This document shows positions 27,738 to 39,400 of a stretch of 64,000 bases of DNA, piece after piece. The stretch's first letter is position 1. Each line of letters begins with the position of its first letter. The DNA comes from Candidatus Tantalella remota (lineage in GTDB: Bacteria; Omnitrophota; Gorgyraeia; Tantalellales; Tantalellaceae): positions 75,549 to 139,548 of the forward strand of contig JAVCCB010000041.1 of assembly GCA_030765685.1 (NCBI GenBank), read 5' to 3'. The translations under genes and the position numbers were made by a program. The notes under the pieces were generated by a model. The model had not been told where the DNA came from. It worked only from the letters and a program-made list of their open reading frames with translations, and ran no database searches.

Positions 27738-30531
27738 TACAGCTCCTTTCAGATATCACATTATAGCATCTATCACACAAATCGGGCGCATCTTTATTTT
27801 TGCCTACGGTCTCGCTGTAGCTCCAACATCTCTGGCATTTTTCGCCCGATGCTTTTTTTATGCCGATCTTAAGAGGCATCGACAGAACGTCTTCCATATC
27901 CGCTTCCGGTTCTTCTACCACAGAGGCTTGCGACACCTTAAATAGAAGCGGGAAAAGTCCTATATTCGCGTTAACAAAATCCCGCATCTTATCCTCGGTG
28001 GCATAAACCGTAATACCGGCCTCAAGAGAGCTTCCTATCATGCCTTTTTCACGCTTCAACTCCAGCAGCTTCATCACACCGCCGCGAAGATCAAGAATAT
28101 CGCTCCACTTCGCGTCAAGCTCTTTGTCTGCCCATCCGGACATCTCTTTTTCCGTATCCGGCCAGTCGGACATATGCACACTGTCTTCTTTGCCCGGAAC
28201 ATTCATCTCCTGCCAGACCTCTTCCGAGGTAAACGAGAGTATCGGCGCCATCATCCGTACCAAAGTGTGCAGTATCCTGAAAATGACCGTCTGCGCCGAC
28301 CTTCTCTCCTTATCACCCGGTGTCAGAATATACAATACGTCCTTCAAAACGTCAAGATAAAAAGCGCTTACCTCATAAACACAGAAATTGTATACCGCCC
28401 GGTATACCTTATAGAACTCCCATCTCCCGTAATCCGAACTGACCTGGTCAACAAGAGCCGACAGCCTGGACAACATCCATCTGTTTATCTCGCTCATCTC
28501 TTCCGGGACCACGGAGTCAGTTTCGGGATCAAAATCATTCAGGTTGCTAAGCAGGAATCGGAACGTATTGCGCATCTTCCTGTACCCGTCAGCAAGGCGT
28601 TCCAGGATCTCAGAAGAAAGCTTTATGTCCCCTTCGTAATCGGAGGAGGATACCCATAATCTGAGTATGTCAGCGCCGTATTTTTTCATGACGTCCTGCG
28701 GGCTGATAACATTACCTATGGATTTCGACATCTTCTTGCCTTCTCCATCCACAACGAACCCGTGAGTAAGCACCTTACGATACGGAGGCCGCCCATTCGT
28801 AGCCATCGAGGTTATCAGCGCCGCCTGGAACCATCCCCTGTGCTGATCCGATCCCTCCAGATACAGGTCCGCGGGAAACGAAAGTTCCGGCCTGGCCTCA
28901 AGAACAGCCTTGTGGCTAACTCCCGAGTCAAACCACACGTCCAGGATATCGCTTTCCTTTTCAAATTCTTTCCCTCCGCACTTGCCGCAAACCGCGTCCG
29001 GAGGCATCAGCTCTTTAATATCCTTCTCGAACCATACGTCCGCACCGTTCTCTCTTGTGAGTTCGGCCACTTTCTTTATGATGCTTTCGCTGGTGAACGT
29101 CTCTCCGCATGATAAGCATTGAAAAGCGGGTATCGGAACACCCCAGTACCTCTGCCTGGAAAGACACCAGTCAGGACGCAGCTTGACCATCGCGTCGATC
29201 CGGTCTTTCCCGACCGCGGGTATCCACTCCACATCGTTCGATATTGCCTTCTCCATCTTCGCGCGAAGGTCCTGATGGTCTATGCTCATGAACCACTGTT
29301 CGGTGGCCCTGAATATTATCGCTTTTTTGCACCTCCAGCAGTGCGGATATGAATGCGTTACGTCACTCGCCGTTATTAAAGAACCATCGGACCTCATCTT
29401 CTCGATAATAGCGGCATTTGCCTTAAGGACGAACTGCCCGGCGAATTCACCCGCTTCATCTGTGAACTTCCCGAAAGCGTTCACGGGCATGATCATCGGA
29501 AGACCATATTTCTTTCCGGTAAAATAATCATCCTGACCGTGCCCGGGAGCGGTATGCACGCAGCCCGTGCCTTCTTCGGCGGTAACATAATCGGCCAAAA
29601 CTATACGGGAGGGCCTGTCTATAAAAGGATGTGACGCTTCCTCTATGGTATCCGCTATCTCTTTCCCCTTACTTTTCCTGCCAACCTTATACTCCTCTAT
29701 GCCAAACTTCTCCATAAGCTGCGGAACCAGGCCAGAGGCCATTATCCAAGTCTCACCTCCTGTCTCGACAAAAGAATACTCGAATTCCGGATGCAACGCT
29801 ACCGCCACATTAGCCAGAAGCGTCCACGGCGTGGTCGTCCATATAACGAAATAGGTATCTTTCCCCGCGGACTCCGACTTGAACTTCACAAAAATGGACG
29901 GTGAAGTCTTGTCTTCATATTCGACTTCCGCTTCCGCAAGCGCCGTCTCGCACTTGGAACACCAGTTGACGGGCTTCAGGTCTTTGTATATATACCCTTT
30001 CCCGTAGAGGTCAGCAAGAGCGTACAGTATATCTGATTCGTACCCTTTCGAAAGCGTAAGGTATGGATCGTCCCATTCCCCGAAGATACCCAGCCGTTCG
30101 AACTCAGCCGCCTGTATCTTTACGAATTTCATGGCATAATCATACGCCTTCTTCCTGAACTTCACCTGATCTATATCATGTTTGGTCATCTTAAGTTCTT
30201 TGAACAGCTGATGCTCGACGGGCAAGCCGTGGCAATCCCATCCGGGCACGTACGGCGCGTAGCATCCTTTCATCGCGAAAAATTTCACACACATGTCCTT
30301 GAGTATTTTATTAAGGACATGCCCCATGTGTATATGCCCGTTAGCGTACGGCGGTCCGTCGTGCAGAAGGAACGTCTTGCCCGAGGCCTTGCGTTTATCG
30401 AGGATCTTCCGGTACAGGTCCTCGTCCATCCACTTTTTAAGCATTTCCGGTTCTCTCTGAGGAAGATTGGCCTTCATCGAAAACCCGGTTTTCGGCAGAT
30501 TCAGCGTATCTTTATAATTTTTCTTTTCCAT
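27724..30531 (-). CDS. ileS: isoleucine--tRNA ligase
   Basis: 935 aa; HMGH (PYANGHIHMGHVLN) and KMSKS motifs, C-terminal zinc-binding cysteines. Confidence 0.95.
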   Translation of the reverse strand: MEKKNYKDTLNLPKTGFSMKANLPQREPEMLKKWMDEDLYRKILDKRKASGKTFLLHDGPPYANGHIHMGHVLNKILKDMCVKFFAMKGCYAPYVPGWDCHGLPVEHQLFKELKMTKHDIDQVKFRKKAYDYAMKFVKIQAAEFERLGIFGEWDDPYLTLSKGYESDILYALADLYGKGYIYKDLKPVNWCSKCETALAEAEVEYEDKTSPSIFVKFKSESAGKDTYFVIWTTTPWTLLANVAVALHPEFEYSFVETGGETWIMASGLVPQLMEKFGIEEYKVGRKSKGKEIADTIEEASHPFIDRPSRIVLADYVTAEEGTGCVHTAPGHGQDDYFTGKKYGLPMIMPVNAFGKFTDEAGEFAGQFVLKANAAIIEKMRSDGSLITASDVTHSYPHCWRCKKAIIFRATEQWFMSIDHQDLRAKMEKAISNDVEWIPAVGKDRIDAMVKLRPDWCLSRQRYWGVPIPAFQCLSCGETFTSESIIKKVAELTRENGADVWFEKDIKELMPPDAVCGKCGGKEFEKESDILDVWFDSGVSHKAVLEARPELSFPADLYLEGSDQHRGWFQAALITSMATNGRPPYRKVLTHGFVVDGEGKKMSKSIGNVISPQDVMKKYGADILRLWVSSSDYEGDIKLSSEILERLADGYRKMRNTFRFLLSNLNDFDPETDSVVPEEMSEINRWMLSRLSALVDQVSSDYGRWEFYKVYRAVYNFCVYEVSAFYLDVLKDVLYILTPGDKERRSAQTVIFRILHTLVRMMAPILSFTSEEVWQEMNVPGKEDSVHMSDWPDTEKEMSGWADKELDAKWSDILDLRGGVMKLLELKREKGMIGSSLEAGITVYATEDKMRDFVNANIGLFPLLFKVSQASVVEEPEADMEDVLSMPLKIGIKKASGEKCQRCWSYSETVGKNKDAPDLCDRCYNVISERSCNGKE

Positions 30532-30581
30532 ATTTCCTTATATTTTTTATGTTTACAGTTCACCGTTTACTGTTCACTATT

Positions 30582-31439
30582 TTATATAAACCCCTCTATT
30601 ATCGGTTTCAGTTTCTCCAATGTCTCCTTAGACACATTCTCTTTTTTTGTAACTATAGAATTGTGCAGTGCCTGGCCACAAGAACATGTCCTTTCCTCCG
30701 GCATGTTCTTTATGGTGTTCGCGAGCATCTCTTTAGCGACGGCGACATTCTTATTAAGATTCTCGATGATCATCTCTATGGTAACGACTTCCTCGCCCGT
30801 ACGCCAGCAATCGTAATCCGTTATAAGCGCCATCGTGGAATAACATATACCTGCCTCGCGCGCGAGTCGGGCTTCCGGCATGTTCGTCATACCTATGACG
30901 TCGGCACCCCAGCTTTTATACAGATACGATTCCGCTTTCGTCGAGAACATGGGACCTTCCATATTGACATACGTTCCCCCGTCATGTATCTTTATGTCCA
31001 GCCCTTTATTGCTCGTATATATCTGTTCCTTAAGGTCCTTGCATACGGGGTCGGAAAAAGAGACATGGGCGACTATCCCGTCGCCGAAAAACGTCGTCGG
31101 CCGCCCCTGATTGGTCCGATCGATGAACTGATCTACCAAAAGAACGTCCAGCGGCTTCACTTCTTCCTTAAGGCTTCCGACAGCCGAGACGGATATTATC
31201 CGATCCACCCCCAGAAGCTTAAAACCGTAGATATTTGCTTTGCAGTTGACTTCCGTAGGCAGAAGGCTGTGCGTGCGCTGATGCCTGGGCAAAAACACTA
31301 CTTCTTTTCCCTCGAGTCTGCCTATAACAAAAAGATCCGACGGTTCGCCGAAAGGCGTCTTGACCTTCCGGTCCTCCAGGATCTCAAGCCCTTCTATCGA
31401 ATAAAGCGAGCTCCCTCCGATTATTCCTATTTTGCCCAT
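30582..31439 (-). CDS. mtnP: S-methyl-5'-thioadenosine phosphorylase (PNP family)
   Basis: 285 aa; MGKIGIIGGSSLY N-terminus, PNP/MTAP fold motifs. Confidence 0.8.
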   Translation of the reverse strand: MGKIGIIGGSSLYSIEGLEILEDRKVKTPFGEPSDLFVIGRLEGKEVVFLPRHQRTHSLLPTEVNCKANIYGFKLLGVDRIISVSAVGSLKEEVKPLDVLLVDQFIDRTNQGRPTTFFGDGIVAHVSFSDPVCKDLKEQIYTSNKGLDIKIHDGGTYVNMEGPMFSTKAESYLYKSWGADVIGMTNMPEARLAREAGICYSTMALITDYDCWRTGEEVVTIEMIIENLNKNVAVAKEMLANTIKNMPEERTCSCGQALHNSIVTKKENVSKETLEKLKPIIEGFI

Positions 31440-31479
31440 GTGGGTCTCCTTGATCAGTATTTAGTATCGAGTTCCATTT

Positions 31480-31510
31480 GACGTCATTCCCGCGAAAGCG
31501 GGGATGACGC
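31480..31510. repeat. family B minimal hairpin module (perfect 13-bp stem palindrome)
   Basis: GACGTCATTCCCGC GAAA GCGGGGATGACGC, located between the DUF167 gene and mtnP. Confidence 0.5.
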
Positions 31511-31519
31511 TTCCACCTT

Positions 31520-31741
31520 TCACAACCCTGCTATCTCTAATAATTTATTCCTGCTTGTCGCGCCGGTTACTATTTTTACGTCTGCTTTACGAACTTTGTA
31601 TTTCTTAGCGATCAGTTTTATGACCGCGGCGTTAGCCTTACCCTTGTCCGGGGCGGCTTTTACGTATACTTTGGTGATACCATCCTTTTCAAGGATCTCA
31701 TTCCTTCCCGCCTTGGGGAAAACTTTTACTTCCAGTTTCAT
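31520..31741 (-). CDS. DUF167/YggU-family small protein
   Basis: 73 aa; VKAAPDKGKANAAVIKLIAKKYKV, typical of UPF0235. Confidence 0.7.
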   Translation of the reverse strand: MKLEVKVFPKAGRNEILEKDGITKVYVKAAPDKGKANAAVIKLIAKKYKVRKADVKIVTGATSRNKLLEIAGL

Positions 31742-31790
31742 GTCGCGTATTTTGTATTTAGTATATCGTATTTAGTATTTAGTCAAAAAA

Positions 31791-31910
31791 AAATCGTCAT
31801 CCCGGAATCCCGAGCTAAGCGAGGGATATCCGGGATCACATCAAAATGATATTATTTTCATTTGGTCCCGGGTCGCGTTTGTTTCACTCACTTGCCCGGA
31901 ATGACGTCTT
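31791..31910. repeat. repeat family B, copy 5 (diverged)
   Basis: AAATCGTCATCCCGGAATCCCGAGCTAAGCGAGGGATATCCGGGATCAC ... CCCGGAATGACGTC. Confidence 0.5.
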
Positions 31911-32021
31911 TCTTTTTCCCTTTTCCCTTTTCCCTTAGATCTGTCCCTGATAACCCGATCTCCCGGTACCCGGTACTCGATACCATTCCCTATTCTCTAT
32001 TCCCAATTCCCACCCTAAACG

Positions 32022-32318
32022 CTATCGTAACGCGTACGCGAATTGCGTCAACACGTTCACAAGAAAACTTCTCACAAAACTTAATGCCAGAAACGCTACT
32101 ATAGGAGAAAGATCCATTCCACCCATCTGAAGCGGCAGTTTTCTGAACGGCATAAGTACTGGATCGCTGATCCTGTAAATTATCCGCACTATATCGTTAT
32201 ACGGATCGGCATTAACCCACGAAAGTATGATGCGTATTATCAGTATGAAGTACAATATATTGCAGACAAGTGACACTAGAAGCGCGAGACTGTGAAAAAA
32301 TTCGCTTAATATGAACAT
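32022..32318 (-). CDS. yggT: YggT-family membrane protein
   Basis: 98 aa, two TM segments, adjacent to proC as in ylmG/yggT loci. Confidence 0.6.
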   Translation of the reverse strand: MFILSEFFHSLALLVSLVCNILYFILIIRIILSWVNADPYNDIVRIIYRISDPVLMPFRKLPLQMGGMDLSPIVAFLALSFVRSFLVNVLTQFAYALR

Positions 32319-32319
32319 A

Positions 32320-33159
32320 CTATTCTCCCCGGGACAACTCTCTGGATCGGTCCCTTGCCTTTATAATTGCCGCTTTTATGGCGTCTTTCACGCCTTTATC
32401 CTCAAGTACTGAAAGAGCGGCCTCGGTAGTGCCGCCTTTTGAAGCAACTCTTGAGATCATCTCTCCGTGCGGCACTTTGGAATCCCTCAGTATATTTGCC
32501 GCTCCAAAAAGTGTCTGTGATATAAGTTCCCTGGCCGTTTCCGGGGCAAACCCCATTTCTTCAGCCGCGGCCATCATCGCGTCAGCGAGAAAAAAAAGAT
32601 ATGCCGGCCCGCTGCCCGAAAGTGCCGTCACCTCATCCATGAGAGATTCATCCACATCTACGACCTTGCCTATTCCGCTAAAAATAGCGTTCACTTCTTC
32701 CGTAAGCTTCACGGCGCCGTTAAAAGCTATACCGGTTATGGCTTCGCCCACAAAAGCGCCCATGTTCGGCATTGTCCTCGCTACGGGAGTGCCCTTGCCA
32801 AGCTTGTCCTCTATGGTCTCTATAGTAACACCCGCCATGACGGAAACCACGGTCTGGCTGGTTATATCCCCGCCTATAGCGGATAAAAGTTCTTCAGCGT
32901 TCTGGGGTTTCACGGCTATTATAAGGATATCCGACCCTCTTACCATCTGAGTCAGGACGCCCCGGGAACACCCGGTCTCGTCGGACAACGCATCCATTCT
33001 GGCTGTGTCCTTGTCATACAGGAAAACCGACCCCGCCGGGAGCAACCCATGCTTTACTATCCCCCTGGCGATAGCCCCGCCCATATTCCCGCAGCCAATT
33101 ATTCCTATAATAATGTTATTCATGTGTAAGAAATTAACATAATTAAGGTGGGATGTCAA
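32320..33159 (-). CDS. proC: pyrroline-5-carboxylate reductase; start probably at M13 (33123)
   Basis: IGIIGCGNMGGAIARGI Rossmann motif, ProC-typical C-terminal dimerisation region. Confidence 0.85.
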   Translation of the reverse strand: MTSHLNYVNFLHMNNIIIGIIGCGNMGGAIARGIVKHGLLPAGSVFLYDKDTARMDALSDETGCSRGVLTQMVRGSDILIIAVKPQNAEELLSAIGGDITSQTVVSVMAGVTIETIEDKLGKGTPVARTMPNMGAFVGEAITGIAFNGAVKLTEEVNAIFSGIGKVVDVDESLMDEVTALSGSGPAYLFFLADAMMAAAEEMGFAPETARELISQTLFGAANILRDSKVPHGEMISRVASKGGTTEAALSVLEDKGVKDAIKAAIIKARDRSRELSRGE

Positions 33160-33413
33160 CCGAGGGCTTTAAAACGGGTCTTTGATCTTGGGTGTTAGGT
33201 GTTGGGGACAAAAACCCGGAACCTGGCCCATGTAATTGGATATCAGGCGATTAGGAGACCGGGGTACCAGGAAAAGAGAAAGGTTCGTCCCTGATATCCC
33301 AATAGCCCGATACCCTGATATCCTTAATTTTCGCAACCAGCCAACAGGATACGTGATACCCATAGCAAGTCCTGTACTCAATACCCGATACCCGATACTC
33401 AATACTATCCCGA

Positions 33414-36400
33414 TTATGCCGCTATAAGTGCTTTTCTTGCGGCCATATTGAACTCTTCTATAGCCTCATAGCTCATTCTAGACGCTTCCGGGAGTACCAG
33501 GACTATATGTCTGAGTACTTTTGCTATACCGCTTGCTGTATCCGGAAGGTCCAGATCGCTGCCAAGCATGAGCTTATACTGATTTTTGATGAACCCGACT
33601 ATCGGGCCGTATGTCATATGCATATCTTCTTCGTTCACGTTCTCGGGGATATTCGACGCTGCAAGAGCGATATTTACCATACCCGTGACCCGGAGAAGAT
33701 ATTCCTCCATGTCACCCTTGGGGACTTCAACATCAACATGCCCTTCCCCCTCAAAATCAGGCGCTTTGCAGTAAACCGCTATGAGGGATTCATCGGATCC
33801 TCTATCACTTGAGAACGGTCTAGCTTTTATATCAGCTTTAGACCTTTTATCCAGAATATCCGCGTACTTGCGTATGATACTTACCTGCGACCTGCTTAGT
33901 TTCGACTGGTCATATTTGATAGTGTATGTCCTGTCTTCCTGAAGCTGAGCGTGAAGCAGATCAATCGCCAAAACCGCCGCCTCCTCCGCGTCTTTAGTAG
34001 TCTCGGGGATTCCCGTGGGTGAGCCTTTGAGGTTCTGCATCTCTGATTCAAGTTTCAGAAATCCCCCGAGAGAACCCCCTTCGGGAATAAATAATCCACG
34101 GCTTAACAAAACTTCCTTTATGTCATCATCTAGGATAAGTTTTTTATCAGGGTTTGCCCCTATCTTGATCAAAACTTTCACGGCAGAGAACACCTGCACA
34201 ACCAGACACTCGTCAAAAGAAGCCATGTCTTTGCCAGGATTAGTTTCGCTCAGAAAACCTTCCCTATCCGTTGGCACAGCTAATCGAATGAATCCCGATT
34301 CGCTTGCCATCTCATGTCCGAGCACACCTCGTATACATTTTTTAGCGCTATCATCGTTAGTGTTTTCAATATTACGTATTACCTCTCCGTCCGGATGTGT
34401 CAACATTCCGCCTGAATGATACCAATACGCTATTGTTCCGTCCTGATAGTAAGTCTCTCCCTCCGGATTCCCAACAGGCTCTTTTGGCAACATTTCCCTG
34501 CTAGGGTTCGCACGTCCATATATAAACTTATTGTCTCCATCCAGTTGCATACTAAATATCGCCGCGTCATCCAATGAACGACTTATACTCTCCGAAAGAG
34601 CGTATCTAAAAGGTCTCTCTTTCCCTGAAAGCGTCTCACTCTCGGACTGGACTTTTATATCCGGAAACTCTTTCGGACGAATAGAACCCTTGGGTTTATC
34701 ACCAAAAGAACTGCTCTCTTCACCCGTTCCCTGCCGCGCCTCGGTGCCTTTATCGGGAAGATCCGCAGGTGAACCTTTGGTTTTTTTCTCCTGTTCTTGT
34801 GCTATTTGAAATCCCGCAGTTACTATATTACCGCTTCTGCCGGGTCCCCCTGAAGGAGTGATCTTATGATAATCCGCTCGTCTTATTATCCCCAGGCCCG
34901 CTCCGCTTCCCTTGCCTCTTGTTCCATTGACTCCGTCCCAAAAATCTATGAAATCCTGAATGTGATCCCTGGGCTTAACGCTGGTATCAATAGGACTTCC
35001 CACATCCACGCCGTTGATCTCTATATATTTCTTACCGTTTTCATGTTTATAACGAATAATAAGAAATCCTCCGGAAGAGTACCTCGAGATATTACTTGAG
35101 ATCTCCCATGCCGTCCTTGCCACACCATTCAAAGGATATTCATCCTCAGGGACCAGAGGATCAGTATTGTTGCCAACGCTTCCAAATACCGTGCTTCCGA
35201 TAGCAGTCATTTCTTCTTCTGTAAATCCTATCCGCTCAACAAAATCCTTATTCGGCCTGCCCGACCATATCGTCTTTATACCTGATACGGAAAACCCGGG
35301 TTGTATTCTACGATGTCGTTGGGGAGCGATAAAAACCACCTTTACATCCGGCATCTGTTTGAGCTTCTTGATGGCGGTTCCCAACTGTTCGTCATCGCCT
35401 TCCAATAATGCTTTCCATGATTTGTTTCGTAGATCTAAAAAGTTTTCCTCCCCGGGAACATCCACACCGAATTTTTCTAAAGCTTTTTCCTCGGCGTCCA
35501 TATTTGTCTCTGGAAGACCCCCGGGTGAGCCTTTGGGTTTTTCACCAACAGAAATACTCTCTTCGCCCGTCCCCTGCCGCGCCTCGGTTCCTTTATCAGA
35601 AAGATCCACGGGTGAGCCTTTGGTTTCCCTTCCGTGTTTCCCGGCTAAGACCTTTATTTCAGTTACGGGCTCATCGGTCAACTCGAACGGTTCTTTTTCT
35701 CCGACGATCACCGGGGACTTTACCGTTCTGAGCAAGATCACATCAGACGGAAAATACTTGAGGTCCGTCTCTTCCAGCGGGTCGTCATAACGCCAGGACT
35801 TCATACCGATAGCTGTTTTGTAATTCCAGTCCCCCTTGATGACCACAAGGTCCAGCTCCGCAAACTCCTTTAATATATCCAGCTTTCCCGCCGCGTACAG
35901 GTCTTCACCATCAGTAAAAGCATCCGTGGCGGTCATCTGAAGGGTCCCGCTCCTTAACGCCTCCTCTAGAGTCACAGCAAGCGACATTGTCTCGGAAGTA
36001 TCCGCCATCGTGTTGATAAAATCGATCAAGCCTTCTTTTGTGACATCGCTTATCATAAACGGCATTTTGCGCGTAAAGAGTTTAACAGTCTTACCTTCTT
36101 CAAGTATCCGTGCCGCGATCATAAGGTCTATCAAAAGCTCCCCGTAATTATCCAGGACTATCCCTACTTTATTTTTTCGCTCCAACAGCTTCACTGCCTG
36201 AGACAGATGCTCGCTCTCTTCCTCCCGGGTAAATAATTTTCGAGCTTCTGCTGCTATGTCGACATTCTCGCTTTTAAGCAGCGAGTCGAACCTGTTAAAA
36301 GACGCGCTGAGCTTTAAAAGCTGTGAGGGCGTCAGGGACTCAAAAAGAGATACATGCTCTCTGTACAGACTTAAAGCAAAACCATTCAACCGGTCGCGGG

Positions 36401-39400
36401 CAGCGCCAAAAGGATCTTCCACAAACCTGCCCGCCGAGCCGAATATCTCTGCCATCGCCCGCGGGTACCGGATCTTTCGAGCCGATCCCGTTCTCACCGT
36501 CTCAGCTTCCTCCCTTTTTATCCTGACTATATTCCTCACCACTTCCGCGGTCGTCTCAAGCTCTCCACGCTCGTTCGTCACGACAAAATCGAATTCCCCG
36601 CTGTGCTCCATCTGATCTTTCGCGTTTCGCATACGAACGGTGATCTCTTCTTCTGTCTCAGAGCCTCTCTTTTTTAACCTTGACGTCAGCTCATCCATAC
36701 TCTCGGCTTTTATGAAAATACTTATATTGTTTTTGGGGAACATCTCCCGTATCTGCCTGGCTCCTTCGGGATCGACATTTACTATGATGTCTTTCCCGCC
36801 GGCTATAAGGTCGTCAATATGATCTTTCTCCAGCCCGCAAAACTCTCCCGGGCGCACTTCCACGTCCTGCAGAAAGGCCCCCTCATCTTCCTTTTCCTTA
36901 AAGTTCTCCTTTGACGTGAAAAAATAATGGACTCCGTCTTCCTCCATCTCCCCCGTTTCAAGAGAACGGGGTTTTCTTGTAGTCGTGCTTACCGCCCTCT
37001 CAAGGCCGGGCAGCCTTGCTGTCAGTTTCGCTATAGCCGCGTCCTTACCAGCACCGCTCGGACCCGATACTATAATGATAAGCGGATCCCCGGCCGGATG
37101 ATTAAAAAGTCCTTTTTCCGCCTCTATTCCGGCCATTTCAAACCCTGCCCTTTTAGCTTCATCACCGGCATTTTTACCTATTATCCCGAAAACTACCGAA
37201 AACGTTTTTCTTATGTCCTCCGCCCAGAAATCTTCACCCGTTACCTGAGTGACAATGGGCTCTCTCTCTGTCTCCGGAACCTCGGCGCCCAGCTTCCGCC
37301 TGCAGTATTTGCTTATGGGAAGATGTATGTCGTCGGCAAGAGCCTCCCACATATCCCTGCCGGCATTCGGGTTCTTCGCGGCCTCGTATCTTACGTCCCT
37401 GTTAACATATCCGGGCAACTGACTTAAAACTACCAGATCCTCATGGTAAGTCGCGCTGTTCCTGGCGGCGAAAAATAAAGGAACCCAGTGCCCCTCTTCC
37501 AGGGATATCCGCAGTACTTCCTTCAGGATGGACGGATCTCTGGATACACTTGCCAGGGTACTTAGAACCGCTTCCGGCGTAGAGTTCTCGGGAAAGGCTG
37601 CCTTCCCGGAGTATGCTTCGTCTATAACAGTGCCAAGATCGTATCCGGAGAGGCCTGATATCCTCCTGCCGCATATATCAAGGATACCGGGCAGATAAGA
37701 ATGAAAAACTGCTATGGCTTCAGCGCGAAAACGTTTCAACTCCACCAAAGGAGGCCCCTTGTCACCATTAGCTTCAATATACTCCCCGCCTATGACCCTC
37801 GTCTCTCGCCCGTAGAACCGCTGGACATCGTCACGAAAAGACAGAATAAAGTCATAATAACGGTCCGCGAATTCCCTATCCTTTTCCGTCAAAGGTATAT
37901 CAAGATATTTCAATGTGCCTAAAAAGAACGAGAAATATTTGAACATTCCCGCGTCATGTTTCAGATTGATGTCCGCGTCGCTTACCCCCCGGGTCCGCTC
38001 CTCCGCTATGAGATTACCCATCGCGAAGAAAAGAGCCGTTTCAGCTTTTTTCGAACGGATCTCTACGGGGGATAGGCCAAGAATATCCCCCAGAGAGGCT
38101 TCAGTTCCAAGCGGTGTAGCGTCAAGTATCATCATCCTATCATAAGGATAATCAATAAAGAGTTCACGCATCTCATCTTTTAAACCGTGCCTTACCTGTA
38201 TGGTCTTGCCGGTAACAATCTTTACAGCGTCAAGAAATGGCCCGATACCCGGGTCTTTCCTGCCGGACTCTACGATAAAAAGATCAAGGTCGGAATAAAA
38301 GTTGGATTCCTCACGGGATACGCTGCCGCTTACAAGAACATCCGTCGAAGGCCTCAGGTAGATCTCTTTCAGTTTCAAAAGGACGGCACGGTCCAAAGCA
38401 GCATACTGCCTTCCCGTTTCCCTTCCTTCGGGCCGTCCTGTCTCGAGAGCCCGATCCCTCACCCTTCCTTTTTCTGAAGCATATTGACGGGCACGTCTCG
38501 CGAGATATGGATCCACTTTCGCGGCGATATTTAAAACATTACCGGGATCTACGGCTAAGACCTCGCCCTGTATTATCTTCCGGTACTCTTCGACCGGCAA
38601 AAATATGGGAATGATCCCGCTCGCGTCACTTTTATCCCCTATCATTATTTCGCTGCCGTTATGCATGAAGAACTGCACCTTCCTGAAGTCTCTTTCCGGC
38701 GACTCTTCCAGGAGATCCCGCGCCTTATTGAGAAAATGATTGAAATCCATATCAATACATACATCGCAGAAAGAAGGAGCTGTCTCCATGAAACGGTTTA
38801 TTTTCTTCTTACGACGTTCCATAAGCGATGTTATCGGGCGGTCCTCGTCCCCGATCTCGCCAAGGTCGATCTTGTCAAGATTTATCCCGTCACGGGCCAT
38901 ACAACACAGCGACTGGGTCGAGTTAGCCAGGACTATTATCCTTGTAGCACCTATAAGGCACTCATCAAAATCCTTCTTTGGCGTATAGGTGACTCCGTAC
39001 GGACCTGCTACCCTGAAATCCGAATCTTCATATCTCTCTCTTGCCTCCTTGAACTTTTTCATCGCCGCCTCCAGAAGATGCGGCTTTTCTTTATAGAACC
39101 CCTGATCGAACGTCTTCCTCACCGCTACCCAGTTCACGCCTGCTTTCTTCATTATCCGTATAAAATCTTCCACTTCACTATGGTTCTCAGGCATTATAAG
39201 GAACGTCGCTCCAATAAGCAGCTCCCCATCCCTTCCCAGTTCATGCCTCTTCTGAGAGATCTTTCCGAGGTTTTCCACCAGTCTGTCGAACGTGAATGCG
39301 CGTTTCTTGGGACGATGCACTTTGACCCTTGTCTCATTGGTAGCTGCGTTGACACTCACTCGTATGTGATCCATATACCGGCTTATTACGTCTATTAACC

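Noticed and set aside
30549-31481. 310-aa plus-strand ORF
   Set aside because: Antisense to the mtnP gene, with no recognisable motifs; treated as a non-coding shadow frame.
33169-33402. 77-aa minus-strand ORF between proC and the giant gene
   Set aside because: It lies in a heptad-repeat spacer. Its sequence is dictated by the repeats (GYRVLSTGLAMGITYPVGW...). No RBS or family resemblance.
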